DNA from: Camelus dromedarius
Taxonomy: Eukaryota
Length of the DNA stretch: 64,000 bases
NCBI RefSeq assembly: GCF_036321535.1
Contig: NC_087437.1
Span: 117,926,001 to 117,990,000 of the forward strand
Direction of reading: 5' to 3'
Position numbers and translations under genes: made by a program. Below the pieces are notes generated by a model, which ran no database searches, was not told the origin of the DNA, and saw nothing but the letters and a program-made list of their open reading frames with translations. Each line of letters starts with the position of its first letter. Within the stretch, counting starts at the first letter, position 1. Of the stretch, positions 12,641-25,230 are shown in pieces.

Positions 12641-15520
12641 AACAACATGGCTCTTAATAGTTAAGATGAACAAATGGTAGATCATGGATCTGTACCTCCC
12701 TTGATGCCCCAGACAGTATCCCAACCACTTCCAGAGCCTGGAACAAAAGTATCTGAGAAGAGGGCTTTTTGCTTCTAAGTCAGCCCAGCAGGGAAACCAG
12801 AAGGAGGTGAAGATGCACGTTGAGCAATCCAAACAAAGCCCCTGCTCACAGAGAGATACTTCCAGAAGAGGCAGCAAAGATGAGGGCCAAGCCTTCTTTC
12901 CCGAGGAGGGAGGATGGGGGAGCCTCTACCTTATGCTGAACTTTTGAAAAAAGGGATGAATTTCACCCAAAGCACAGGGGAGAGGAGGATTTTCAACAGA
13001 ACTATAGGACCGAAGGTGCACAAGTTCATACTTGGAGGGGTGTGTGTGTGTGTGTGTAATTGGGGAGCACTAGGAAGAATTAGGATTGAAAGATATGTCG
13101 TCCTAGATGGGAGAAGAGTTTAAAAATCAGTGAACCCCAGGATCTTTTATATACATGTTATATACATAACTTACTTCTCCAAGGGACCCTACTACAAATT
13201 TAAAAGAAGTAAGATAATTTTTTACATGGTTAAATTGGCATGGGGGCAGCAAGAAGGATGTTTATTATCATAATTGATATGAGTATTACTGAGTCCAGTT
13301 AGTTTAATTTGCCAAAAGACTTGCAAGATTTTTATGAAAACTCTAACTCCAATAAGAAATGGCAGTTTATGATATTTGAACTTCATCCTTTTTTTCCCTT
13401 TCGTGGCTGGTTCCAGAAATAATTGGATGTGGCTCTGTATTTTTAACTTGAGAAGAGGCTACTCTGGGATGTTCTTTTTATTATATTTTTATTTTTATTT
13501 TAATGAAAAAGAATGAAAGTCAGATTTGAAGACAAGAAATTTTTCTCTTCAAAGGTCAGATCTATTTTTATTTCAGATTTTTTTTTTTGATCAAAAATTC
13601 AGCATCTTTGGTATCTGGCTTTAAAATGAAGCAAGTTTTTCTACCTGGAGATTGTAACATTTTCGTCTGTTTTAAGTTGAAAGGGTTGACAGCAATTTGT
13701 AAGTTCATATTTTAGGACCACTGAAATTAGGTAGATTGGTATAATAACACAATTTAGAGATGTCTGTGTAGATTCCAAAGTTGCCTTTGCAAAGCATTTC
13801 TCTTTGCTTTCTTTTTCTTAAATCACAAAATTTTAAAAAACAAAGAAACTCAGAAATACTGAGATCTTGCTATTAGTTTTCTTTTCTCTTTGTATAAGTG
13901 AACACAAAGAAAACAGACAATAAGGCAGTTCTACAAAAGAAGCACTCTCTACAGAGAAAATTCTGTTAAGGTTTCTTGGTGCCTGCAGTTCATTTTTATT
14001 TTATTTTATTTTATCAGTTTTGTTTTTTGCCCAGGGGCCCTCCTGCGGAACAGGTTGGGTGGGGGGTATTGGCATTTACTGTGTGATTGACTGTGTGTCC
14101 TGTTTATTTGCCAAGTCTTGTTAAAAGTCCCTGAAATCACTGCATATCTTGGCCCTTTCCCTCGATCAGCCATCAATTCAGAATGTCCAACCTGATTACC
14201 AGGACTCTTGCTGAAGCCCCTTCTAAGCCATTAGCGGAGAGAAAGCTGTGTCTTGGTGCCTGTGTGGATGTAAATGTAGCTCATCAAGGTTTCCAACTCC
14301 AGGGCAACTCACTACGCTTCAGAACAGCACCGACAGTGCTGACTTCCTAAATCAAGGGAGCATTTACAATTTCAAATTTTAACTTAATAGAAGGATTTTG
14401 TTTATTTCTGTCTTCATTGCTACTATATCACATCAAAAAACAATTTTAATTCAAATTCTAAAATATTTAGTTCACAAAAATATGTTAAAAGGATGTTTAC
14501 AGGAAACAACCGTGTGACAAAATTTCACTGACTATCACCCATAACAAGAGACTAGATAAAAGAGATTCTTCACAATTTTGCCAACTTTCCAAACAAATTC
14601 TAACCTTGGGAATTAGCTAAATTTAGTTAGATCAGATTTAGCACTCATTAATACATTATGCTAAGAATGATTTCCAAAAACAACGATGATGTTGATTTGT
14701 TGTGGTGGTTTCAGTTGAGTGAGGAGGGAGACTGCCAGGTGGAAAATACACTTGTTTGGAGCAACTTACATTCTCTGTCCCCTGGGAAGTTCCAGAACTG
14801 GGCGCTCATCAAGTGTAAAACACTCAACTTGAAATGGCCACAGACACTCACGTGAGGAAAACACTGGTGAATGAAGGGCCCTAAATACTGCTACTGCTGT
14901 TTCCACCACTGGCGCGTTATTCTACCCCTTCGTGAGGGCAGCTGCAGTATTAGCGGCTCTCCGCTTCTACAGCAAGTCAGTTTACAAGGCAGTGTCACCA
15001 CAGGACCTCACTGAGGACACTGCATTCAGCTGCCTGTTGCCAAAAACACTTGTTTGAATTCCCTGGTACTGGGGCTACCGGCAGCCTACAGAATCCTTGC
15101 CCTCTGGGCTCTTACACACCTGGGGCGACGTGTCACTTACATTTAGCATTTTAAGAAGTGACTCATTTTAATGGCCGCTCAGTGCTTCTGAGCAAAGTGT
15201 AGCGGTTACCCCAAAGTTCAGGGTTGCCTTAAACTTGATCTTATCCCACATCCTAACCTACAACCTATACCTTTTTTTCAGTTGGCTACAAATGGCCCTT
15301 CGTTCTCACTATTCATTTCCTCTTCCTAACATGTCAGAACACTACCAGCTATTCATCCCGTGTTTAAAACAGTGAATCACTTGTTCATGATCACACAGCT
15401 GAAGAAAACTGTTAGAGCCAGGTTTAAAGTAAGTCTCCCGCTCCAACATCCGCGCTCTGCCTCCCACGATCATTTTGGAACCGGGCATACATACTGAGAT
15501 CTGCACGATGAGACTAGGAG

Positions 15521-15890
15521 TTTTTTTTTAACACCTTTATTGTGGTGTGGTTCCTGTACTGTAAACTACACATATTTCAGATGTACAGTTTGATGAATTT
15601 TGATAGATGTATACAGCCATGAAACCACCACCACAATCAAGATAGAGAACATTTTCATCCCTCGTCAAGAGGTGCAATTTTCGAGTTCTCAGTTTATCCC
15701 TTCCCACCTCCTTTACCCCCTGGTAACCGTAAGTTTGTTCTTTATGTCTGGACCTAGAGATCGTCATTCTAAGTGAAGTTAGCCAGAAAGAGAAAGAAAA
15801 ATGCCATATGGTATCACTTACATGTGGACTCTAAAAAAAAAGGACACAAATGAACTTACCTACAAAACAGAAACAGACTCAACAGAGATG
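15521..15890 (-). mobile_element. 5'-inverted composite L1 insertion
   Basis: Poly(T) at 15521; minus-strand L1 3' sequence 15521-15749; plus-strand L1 sequence 15750-15887 contiguous in the L1 consensus with the minus part. AGGAGTTT at 15516-15523 and 15891-15898. Confidence 0.85.
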
Positions 15891-16757
15891 AGGAGTTTCG
15901 TATAAGAAAATGCAGTGTTGTTTTCTTTGTATCTCTTGAGTAAACACTCATTGTTTGAGGAATGAATGATTCAGCCAAATGGGAGGCCAAAGATCCTACT
16001 GACAAACAGGTATTTCACATTGCTTTGGGGGGTGTAGGCAGGAAGGGGGTTTCTGTATTGGAAGCTGGGTCACTTTTAATTTCTAAACATGCTTAGAGCT
16101 CTTGAGGGAAACCATCCGCTTAAACTGCAGATCAGGGTCCTTAATTCCTTATGTGCCTGCTATTTGATCAGACTAGCCTTTTATAATCTTTACATTTCGC
16201 TATGTTCGAGAAGTGGGACATTTAAAGAGAATACCTACCCAATGAAATTCAGAAATCTAAAGGGGTCCTCCCTGAACCTGAGTTGGACAAACATCCTGGA
16301 TCTCTGGGCTCAAGTCACATCAACCTGGGTACCTGCCTAGCAATGGGACCTGCAAATATGTCATCATTCGTGGTTGTTTATGCACTTATTTTTACTTAAC
16401 AAGCACTTACACGAACTTAGCAGTGGTAAGAATGTTCTAAGTGTGTTACAGACATTGACTCCCATGAATCTTACACTGTTAAAAGGTAGGGGAAACAATT
16501 ACATGTGTGTTTTTTGTCTGACATGGCAAGTGAAACGTAATGGTTTATTTTCTGTCTCTGAACTCCTCTGCTCCAGGAATGTATTTCTAAATTTTACATT
16601 GATGTGGAATGGATTCTTCCAATGGGATTTTACACAGAATCCCAGATGAACAACAGTCACCAATCTGCTGTGATGGAGGCAGGCACAGTGGGGTGAGTGG
16701 TCCCCAGTGTCACTTGTTTCCCTCCATTCCAGAGGCGCCTCCTCCAAGGCCTTACTG

Positions 16758-18077
16758 TAGCAGGTCTCAAATTTTTAAATCTCTGGACCCCTTTTTACAC
16801 TCATACAGATTATGGAGGACCTCAAAGAGCCTTGGATAGCTGTTCTAATTTAGTGTGGCAGAAATTTCAGAAGATTTTGAAATATATATTTATTAATTAT
16901 TTTAAGGAATGAAGCAGTAACTGGCTACATGTTAACATAAATAAACATTTTTAATGGAAAATAACTACAATTTTAAAACAAAAAATGGTGAAAAGAGTGA
17001 CACTGTTTCCATTTTTCCATTTTTATAAATCTTTGCAATCTCTGTCTTCATAGGCTCTTGGGATGTGTTGTTTTGGTGGAGGGATATCAAGACAAATTGG
17101 CTTCACACAGATGTAGTGAGAAAAGGGAGGAGTGTTTTAATAGCTTTCGCAGATAATTATTGATAGTCTTTGGTAGTTTCTTAAAGGTTAGTTGCAGTGA
17201 TCTTTTCATACTCTGTTACAGTAAAATTCACTGCTCAAAGTTCTGCTTAAACTGTGAACAGATGTATAACTGGTGCATGACTGTTGTGATATCATGCATT
17301 AGTCATTTATAGAGTATTGGATCAGTGAATTATATAGATCTCCTAAATGTTGACACATTTCAATATCCAATATCGAAAAATAATAATTGTGAATATCATC
17401 ACTGATCTCATCAGAAAAATCTTTAAATACTGGGAAGCTGTCATGGGGAAGCACACCATGGTAGATAGAAATTTTTCAGAGTTTTAATTTTTGCTCAAAT
17501 GTTTAAATTACACCATTGAACTAATACTGTCGGCAACTCCCCTTGACGTGACAGGCTCACCTCGGCTCCTTTTTAAGAAACGGTCTTCTAAGTATCTATA
17601 GTCTGAATAATCATCGTTTTCCCATCCATTTCTCTTTTAAGTAAAAGGGCTGTTCCATGAAAAATATCCCGGAATTCAGCTCGTTTCTCCTTGAGGTAAC
17701 TCCCTACTAGTGTGTGTTGCCGAAGTACTTTATGCGAACCTCCCAGCCCTTCACAAAATTAAGGGTCATGAACTCAAGGGTTGAGATTTAATAAAATTAA
17801 CACTTTATGGCTGCATAAGGGATATTCCTTTTTTTTTCTATGAGTGTGTGCAGGGAAGAATATCTAGTACAAGACTTACACAATCTGAGAACAGCTGGAT
17901 CCCAGCCCTTGATCTGTGCTGAGCCATCAGCAGTTTTACCCATCACGGCAAATATCAAAACAGTGAAGAAGGCAAACAGAACATTAGCATTGTTTTGAAA
18001 ATACTTTTGACGTTGCAGATCCAGACAAGTGTCTTGGAGACACTCAGGGGTCCAAGGTCACATATGAAGAATTGCTG
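16758..18077. mobile_element. hAT-Charlie DNA transposon (Charlie1a-like, non-autonomous, near full length)
   Basis: One terminus TAGCAGGTCTCAAATTTTT...GGACCCCTTTTTACACTC...GGAGGACCTCAAAGAGC and the other CAGGGGTCCAAGGTCACATATGAAGAATTGCTG resemble Charlie1 ends; ~1.3 kb. Confidence 0.85.
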
Positions 18078-19440
18078 CTCTTTGGCATTATGATTCAAAG
18101 TGTGCGTTTTTGATCATATTACGTTTAGAAAGGATGAAAGACTAGACATGATGGTGCTGTCCCAGCCATGCTCCCTTGGGGCCATGTGCAGCGAGTGAAG
18201 TCCAGCACTTCCTAAGGCTCTGCCTCCTAAACTTGTCCCCTCTCCATCTCTGGAGAATGCTCACCTGGTGACCTACTGAGGGCCAGTTTTGCTGGCTCTC
18301 CTGGTTCTTTCTACAGAGGCCGTCCAGCTTGTGAGCAGTATTTCAAACAGACAGAGCAGAGCAGTGCTGGGAAAGAACTGAATGGTTCACCTTTTTAAAC
18401 TCCCAAGTAGGGAACCATTATGATTTCTAAATAGTTATGCAAATTTTATTCTTTCAAGGACAGATGATATTTGATTCCTAGGAAGTGATTTTAGGTATCT
18501 CAGATTATGATGACAAGTATCTGCTTTGAGAAGAAGAAAACTTCTTAAGAGCTTAAATATGAAACAATTTCTAAATGGAAGAAAGACTATTTTTCCAAAG
18601 AGAATAAAATATCTGTATATTTCCAAATGATACTGTTTTTCTTTACCTGAGGTCAGGCAGGCTCTGAGATAAAAAATGGAACTATCTCAAAATTGACATC
18701 ATCTTTGTCCCTTTGTTTTTAATAACTATTTCTTAAGGGGAGGAAGCTCTAAATGCAGTGAATTCTAATACATATATTTGGATTTTAATTTTAGGAAAAC
18801 AGGTCCATACTACATTAACTTTTTTTTTTCCCTGTTGAAATGCAAAACTTTAAGACTTGATTTTAATTAAATACTAAAAGTCAGAGTAATATAGCAGCCA
18901 GCAATAAATCATCTCTTTACATCCCCTGAGAGAGACAAGTTGAGAAAAAATGAATGAACACATTGGAGAAAATTTAGAAGACATCTCATGCCTCTCTCTC
19001 CCTCCTTCTCCACTTCCTTATCACAGTCCAGTTTAATCATCTATCCGTCCCCTCCAACAGCCTCTGAATAAATGCACTTCCTATAATGTGCTCATCATAG
19101 TGTCTTTCCATCAAGCACATACCTTACACACAACATGCATCAACAAGGAAATGATCAGAACGGAGGTATCTATAAAAGTCACCGTTAGATATTACCGATG
19201 ATCCCTTAAAATACCAAAAAGGAAACTGTATCAGTGAACTAGGATACCCAATAGAGAATGTGCATTTATACATTAACATAACATTGTAACAAATTTTTAA
19301 GTATAAGTGATTAGTAAATCTACATATTTCCCAAACAATAGATTAAAGACGAAGTTCACTGCAATTTTCCCTGGAATTACACACCTTAAAAATCAGATGT
19401 GTAGTTTACCAAACGGTGCCCTAGACACCCTTGTTCTTAC

Positions 19441-19481
19441 ACGGGTGGTTTGCCAGTTTGATGTGGTTAATACGCTTGCAG
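19441..19481 (-). other. Candidate 41-nt internal exon of an unidentified minus-strand transcript
   Basis: Acceptor ccttctcttgtctccag and donor gtaaga; two open frames (CKRINHIKLANHP / ASVLTTSNWQTTR). No homology recognised. Confidence 0.35.
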
Positions 19482-19999
19482 CTGGAGACAAGAGAAGGCT
19501 GCCTGCAAGACAACAGGGGAGCACTCCAGGTGTCATTCGCCTTCCACCGTGACGTCCACTTCCTGCGGTGATACTGAAGCATCATTATCATCAGTGTGCA
19601 CACATGCGCACAGCACGCACACGGGGACACAAACGCATGCGTGCATGCACTTCTGCTCTTACGAGCATCCCAGATGCTGTCCATGATACCAATCACAAAA
19701 ATCAGGCAAAATCCCCTGGGGCCTGTCACGTTGGTAGGGGCCCTAGACTTGAAAGCTGGTAAAGGCATCATGCTCTTTAACGCAGCCTGAGTATTGGATG
19801 TGCTCTTGAACATTTTCCATTTAAGTGCTCAGAAAAACTGACTAATACAACATCTTAGAAAAGAGTATGAAATTCAGGCATTTCTGTTTTCATGTAATTA
19901 ACCATCATCATCATCATCAGGACGACCACTCATTAAACTCCCTGATAATCAATGTGCCAAGTAACACCAGAGCATAGATGGTCTGATTTAACTCCCTAG

Positions 20000-20365
20000 T
20001 GCCTTGGTCCGCTCAGGCTGCCAGAACAAAACCAGCATACACTGGGTGGCTTATAAACAACATAAACTTATTTCTCACAGGTCTAGGGGCCAGAAGTCCA
20101 AGATCAAGGCACCTACAGATTTGGTGTCTGGCGTCGGCCTTATTCCTGGTTCTGAGACAGCTACCTTCTTCCTGTGATTTCACAGGGTGGAAGGAGCAGG
20201 GAAGCTCCCTGGAGTCTTTTTCAAAATGTCACTGATCCCATTTAAAAGGCTCCCCTCCCCTTATGAATTAATCACCTGCTAAAGGCTCCACCTTCAAGTA
20301 CTATCACATTGGGGTTAGGTTTCATCATATGAATTTTGGGGAGACACAAACCTTCAGTGTATGAT
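20000..20365 (-). mobile_element. MaLR LTR (MLT1A-like)
   Basis: CAGGCTGCCAGAACAAAA...CTGGGTGGCTTATAAACAACA...AGAAGTCCAAGATCAAGGC...CATATGAATTTTGGGGAGACACAAAC. Confidence 0.9.
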
Positions 20366-21984
20366 AAAGCTCCGAGATGAACTTCAGTTTCTCAGGCTGA
20401 TTTCCTCTTAGACCTCTCTCTTACCTCTTTCCGATTTTTTGTGAATACAAGTTCACATATGTACCTTGACAACTGTCTCACTGAGAGTTAATTTCAAAGG
20501 GATTCATCCCTGGCTTAAAGAAAAAACTGCTGTGAAACACTTTACATTTGCAAAAATGTTCTGGAAATGTACATGAATGGCAAAAGGGAAAGGATTCAGA
20601 CACTGCATTTACCATAATCTTTCAGATTCTGTGAACAAAGGGAAGGCTGGAGATCTGTTAAAGCAAAGATTTCAAAGGAAGTTTGAGACATTAGATAAAA
20701 TTTTGCAAATGAGCTCCTAAGATCCAGCCTCTCGACTAGTCAGGGACACCTGTGTGCTCACGTGGTGTCTTGAGGACTGGAGACCGAAGATTGAGCATGA
20801 GGATAAGAGTGTTTCCTTGGAAACAAGGTGCTTCTTCAATATAGCAGACATCACATATTTTCTGTGTGTCTAGAAATCTGCTGTATGAGTTGTACTTCAG
20901 TATTTTTTACTGTTTTTTTTTTAATTGAAGTATAGTCAGTTTACAACATTGTGTCAGTTTCTAGTGTACGGCTTAATAGTTGAGTCATCCATTTGAACTT
21001 CATTTAAATGAATAAACATGCAGAAGAATTCGACTTTTAGATATTCTCTTTAGAAAGTTCTACTGTTGCCTTAACTCCATTCAGCAAATTGGCACCAGGC
21101 TGCATGCCCAAGGCCGGAATAGAAGGATGCTCAGAGGAAGATGTGGTCTTCCCTGGACTGGGGCTTATCGTTTTGTCACTGTCTAAGAAAGGCTCTTCAA
21201 TTTGTTTGCCTGGCGTTGTTTTCTTTGTACTAATTTCCATTTTGATTCAATGAATGGGTCCTCTCTCCTACAATGACCACATTCATGAGGTCTGCAGGCA
21301 TAACCGGTCCACACAATCATACTTATTTTATGTGGCAGAATAAAACCGTTGAACGGAATGCTATTTTAGCTCCGACTGTTACTTAGATCAAGAGGAGCCT
21401 TGCAAAAACCTTAGTCATAGGAGGATACAAGAAGCTCTCTATGTGCCATGGGGGAAACAGAACAAAATCTTCACTGCCTTTGAAACACTGCTTTTATTCA
21501 TATGTTAGATTACGACACAGAGAAGATCTAGGCTCTGGAAGATATGGAAAAATAATCTAATCTGGGGGCAGTAAGAATTTTAATTTAGTTCCACACAAAA
21601 TACATATTATTAAAGTTGAGTTATTTATTTTCATTCAGTGAACATATAGCTCCTATACAACAGGAGACACGCCAAGTGTGGGAGATGTACAAAGGAGAGC
21701 ATCCCTGGGCCCCAGGAACTGAGAGTCTAGTAGGGGGGACAGTCGAGTAAAAAGTCTAATTTCCTACTAAGTGACACTTGTATTCTCAGGGCACTGGACA
21801 CAGGGGACTCTGGGAAGCATACTAGGGGCTCTTAGCCCATCTGGCTGGGATCAGAGGAGCCATCTCATCATTTTATCCTTCGGAGACTGTATGTGTATAA
21901 TAGTTATGTTTAAATTTAGAAGTTGTGCTATTTATCATGACCTAGAATTAGAGTCCCTGGTGTAGTCCTGGGATAAGCCTTAGT

Positions 21985-22569
21985 GATATGTGTTAAAAGT
22001 GGTCCCCAGCACATCAGGCCTCTCTGTGTCAACACTCCTCCTGTGATGTGACTTTGCCTTGAATCCCAGATTCAAGGGGCAGAGTCTATGCCCCCAACCT
22101 ATGAGTCTGGGAATGGTCCTGTCACTTGCTTTGACCAAAAGAATGACATGCAGGTGATGTAATGGGAGTTCAGGGCCATCACTTGAGAGGTCCTGTAGCC
22201 TTCACTTGATTCAGGTAGAATCTGGCAGCCACAGGAGGGAGTCTAAGCAACCCTGATGGAAAGAGGTCATGTGGAAGGGGGACTCTGGAGCTCCAGATGC
22301 TCCAGGTAAAGATAAAAGTCACATGAAGGAGAAGCAAGGCTCCAGGCATCAGAGGGCCCAGCTGTCTGGGTTGCCTTGTCTGAGGCTCTAGACTGGTGGG
22401 AAGGCTGCCTTCAGCCTTGAGTCCAGTTGACCCCATGAGGAGCAGAGACAAGCAGTCCTCCTGTGCCCTGCTCAGCTCCCTGTCCCAGAAGATCACGAGC
22501 TACAAAATAACGTTTATCTTAGGCGTGAAGTTACAGGGCGACCTGTTAAGCACCTACTGATAACCGACA
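21985..22569 (+). mobile_element. MaLR LTR (MLT1F/G-like)
   Basis: TGTGACTTTGC, CTTGCTTTGACCAAAAGAATG, CAGTCCTCCTGTGCCCTGCTCAGCTCCCTGTCCCAGAAGATCACGAGCTACAAAATAA...GATAACCGACA. Confidence 0.8.
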
Positions 22570-22869
22570 AAGTCCTTCTGGGTAGGAACCAGACACTAGT
22601 GAGTCACTGCAGGGCACACAATACTGTCTTTTAAGGGTCCCATGAAAGGAATCCAGCTCTTTACAAGGGTCTCTGGCTCCTCGGTGGGTTTGTGCCCACC
22701 AAGTTGTTAACAACAACAACAGCAACAAAAGACGCTGTCCACCTTTGCCTGAAAGTAGGCTCGTACTGTTAAGGGACACGGGGCAATTGAGTCCCAGGCC
22801 AATGGACTGTCCAACATGAGAATAAATCATAAGAAATAAAGAAGTGTTAATAAAGCATATGTTAAATAA

Positions 22870-23255
22870 GAGAAATAATAAAAGACTCCAAACTAACACT
22901 GACAATGTTTGTCAAAGATGTCGATGGTGAGAAAGAAGAAAGGGTATTAAGTTTGAAGGTGCAAGATAGGCTGGGTGGATGGCAAACTCTAAGACAAGTG
23001 GAATTTAATGTAACTTAGTAAGATGGACTGGAGTCAGAATCAAAAACAATGAATAAAGTGTGAACTGTGAGGTTTCAGGGGTTGTATTAAGTAGCAGTAA
23101 AAGCTACTTATTAATAATATGAAAGAAAATGCTGGTTATGAGGTATTTGGCAGAAAAAGCTCCAGGGCTGAGTGAACGATGGTTAAGAGGTCACCTCGGG
23201 GCATCACGTTCAGTTTTGGGGACCATTTAAAGAGAGACAGTGACAACCTGAAAAC
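22870..23255 (+). mobile_element. CR1/L3 LINE fragment
   Basis: GGAATTTAATG, GTTCAGTTTTGGGGACCATTTAAAGAGAGACAGTGACAACCTG resemble the CR1/L3 RT 3' region. Confidence 0.55.
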
Positions 23256-23989
23256 TGACTAGCTTCTAGTTCTGACATAACAACAGAACTTCAACAGTCT
23301 TAAATTGGTATTAGCTCTCCCTGAAGGGTTCTCGTACCCTAGGGTGCAGTTAAGCAATTTATGGAAATGGAAACTTATTAGGCTTTGTTTTGCCTATCAG
23401 CTGACTCTGAATTTTCCTTCCCTGAGTCTGTTTATTCACCTGGGGGATGTACAGGGGTGCACAGGACCCCGTTTCTGTAACACAAGCAGAATGGTGGCTA
23501 ATCGAGGTGTCCACTCATGCATGCAACACAGTATGCCAAGTGCCCTGTGATGTCAGTCGTGATTTTAAATGACATAACTTGTGTTCTTAGGATGATGTGG
23601 TTTTGATTAATGAGGCATTTGTTCTCTATCAAGTAGCAATTTAAAATAGTCCATTTTTGATGAGTTATGGGTGGAATTTGAATATTATCCTCCGTCCTGT
23701 CTAGATCTTTAAGTGATTTGTGGTTATCTTTTTCTATTGAGAAATCACTTACTATTGCTTTGAATAACAGTGTCATGGCCCAGTATTAATGCTCGTGGAG
23801 GAAAAAACATGGTAACCATAAAGAGTAATTTAAGTACTTCAGTGTGGATTTAAATACAACTTCCAAATGTTCATTCATATAAAAATTCCACAGTAAATAA
23901 TGGCAATACTTTCAGTCCCTGAATATTGAGAGCTTTAGCATTTTCGCTACAGAGTTATTTGGACTTTTTAGATGTTCAGTTATGTAGCA

Positions 23990-25230
23990 GTCACTTCCAC
24001 TTTCAGCCGTGGTGGAGTGCATATTTAGCCTCTCATCTTAAACACTTGAGAAATGAACAAGATATTTAAAATAATGTTTACAGGATTGGAAAAGAGGGAG
24101 CACAGGACCATGAGCCCCGAGAGAGAAAAAAAATGAGATATCTCTGTGATCTCCCTAGACTACTGTCTGGAGACAGGTTCTTGGCCACAGTGCAGGGAAG
24201 GAGACTCCCAAAGCCTAATGGTCTCCCCTCTGAGTTGAGAGCACAGTTTTGAAGAGGCCAAGGCAGCTAGAATTTACAAGAGGAGGATATTGTGCAGTGC
24301 AAATACCTGACAATTGGGTTTTTTAAAAAGAATTTTGTTGTAACCTAAGTGCCTGACATTAAGCTTTTGATTGTCAAGGCATCTGACTCAAAGACATCCA
24401 TCTCCAATAAACATCTTGCCAGTTACACAACTAGATAAAGCACCAGGCCACCCCACCCATGCAACTACTTGGTTTTAGACTAATTATAGAGTTATGCAAC
24501 AAGATGGTGTATTACCAGCATAAAAAAATACAGGTCAATAGAACTGAATGGAGTCCAGAACAACTGACAAACATGGCCAACTGATTTTTGACTGATGTTC
24601 CTAGGTAATTCAATGGGAAAGAAAAGTTTGCAAGATAACTTAGACATCCATATGCCAAATATGGGCCTTAATTATTCCTTCAGACCATACACAAAAGTTT
24701 ACACAGTGGATCACAGACCTAAATGGAAGCTATAACTATAGCTATAACACTTCTAGAAGAAAACACTGAAGTTATTAAAGTGACTTAGGCAAAGACGTTT
24801 TATTAAGGATGCAAAAGAAACCATAAAACTGAAAAATTTGATAAAACAAATTTCATTACAATTAAATACACTTGTTCTTCCAAAATCACTATTAAAAATG
24901 AAAAGTTTCATTGCAGATTAAGAGAAAATATTCACAAAGCATTTTTTATTTCTGATGAAAGACTTGTATTAGAATATATGAAGAATTCTTAGAATTCAAT
25001 AGTAAGATGATAAATATCCCAATAAAAAATGTCCAAAATATTTAAAGAGACACTGCATCAAAGAAGATATATGAATGACCACGAGTGAAGTGATTAATAT
25101 CATTAATACAAAATGAAATCACAATTAGATACTACTGCACAGTTCCTAGAACAGCAAGAATGAAAAGCTGTTGGTGAGGAAGTGAGGTAACCAACCTCTT
25201 GTATGTTACTTGTGGGGATGCAAAATGTCC
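23990..25230 (+). mobile_element. Ancient L1M remnant (5' portion plus ORF2 3' portion)
   Basis: CAATAGAACTGAATGGAGTCCAGAA...CAACTGATTTTTGAC...GGATCACAGACCTAAATG...CTTCTAGAAGAAAACA...CAAAGAAGATATATGAATGACC are diverged ORF2 3' signatures. Confidence 0.8.

Noticed and set aside
21037..21240. 67-aa ATG-initiated ORF with protein-like composition
   Set aside because: In-frame stop just upstream, no promoter or splice support, and no recognised homology.
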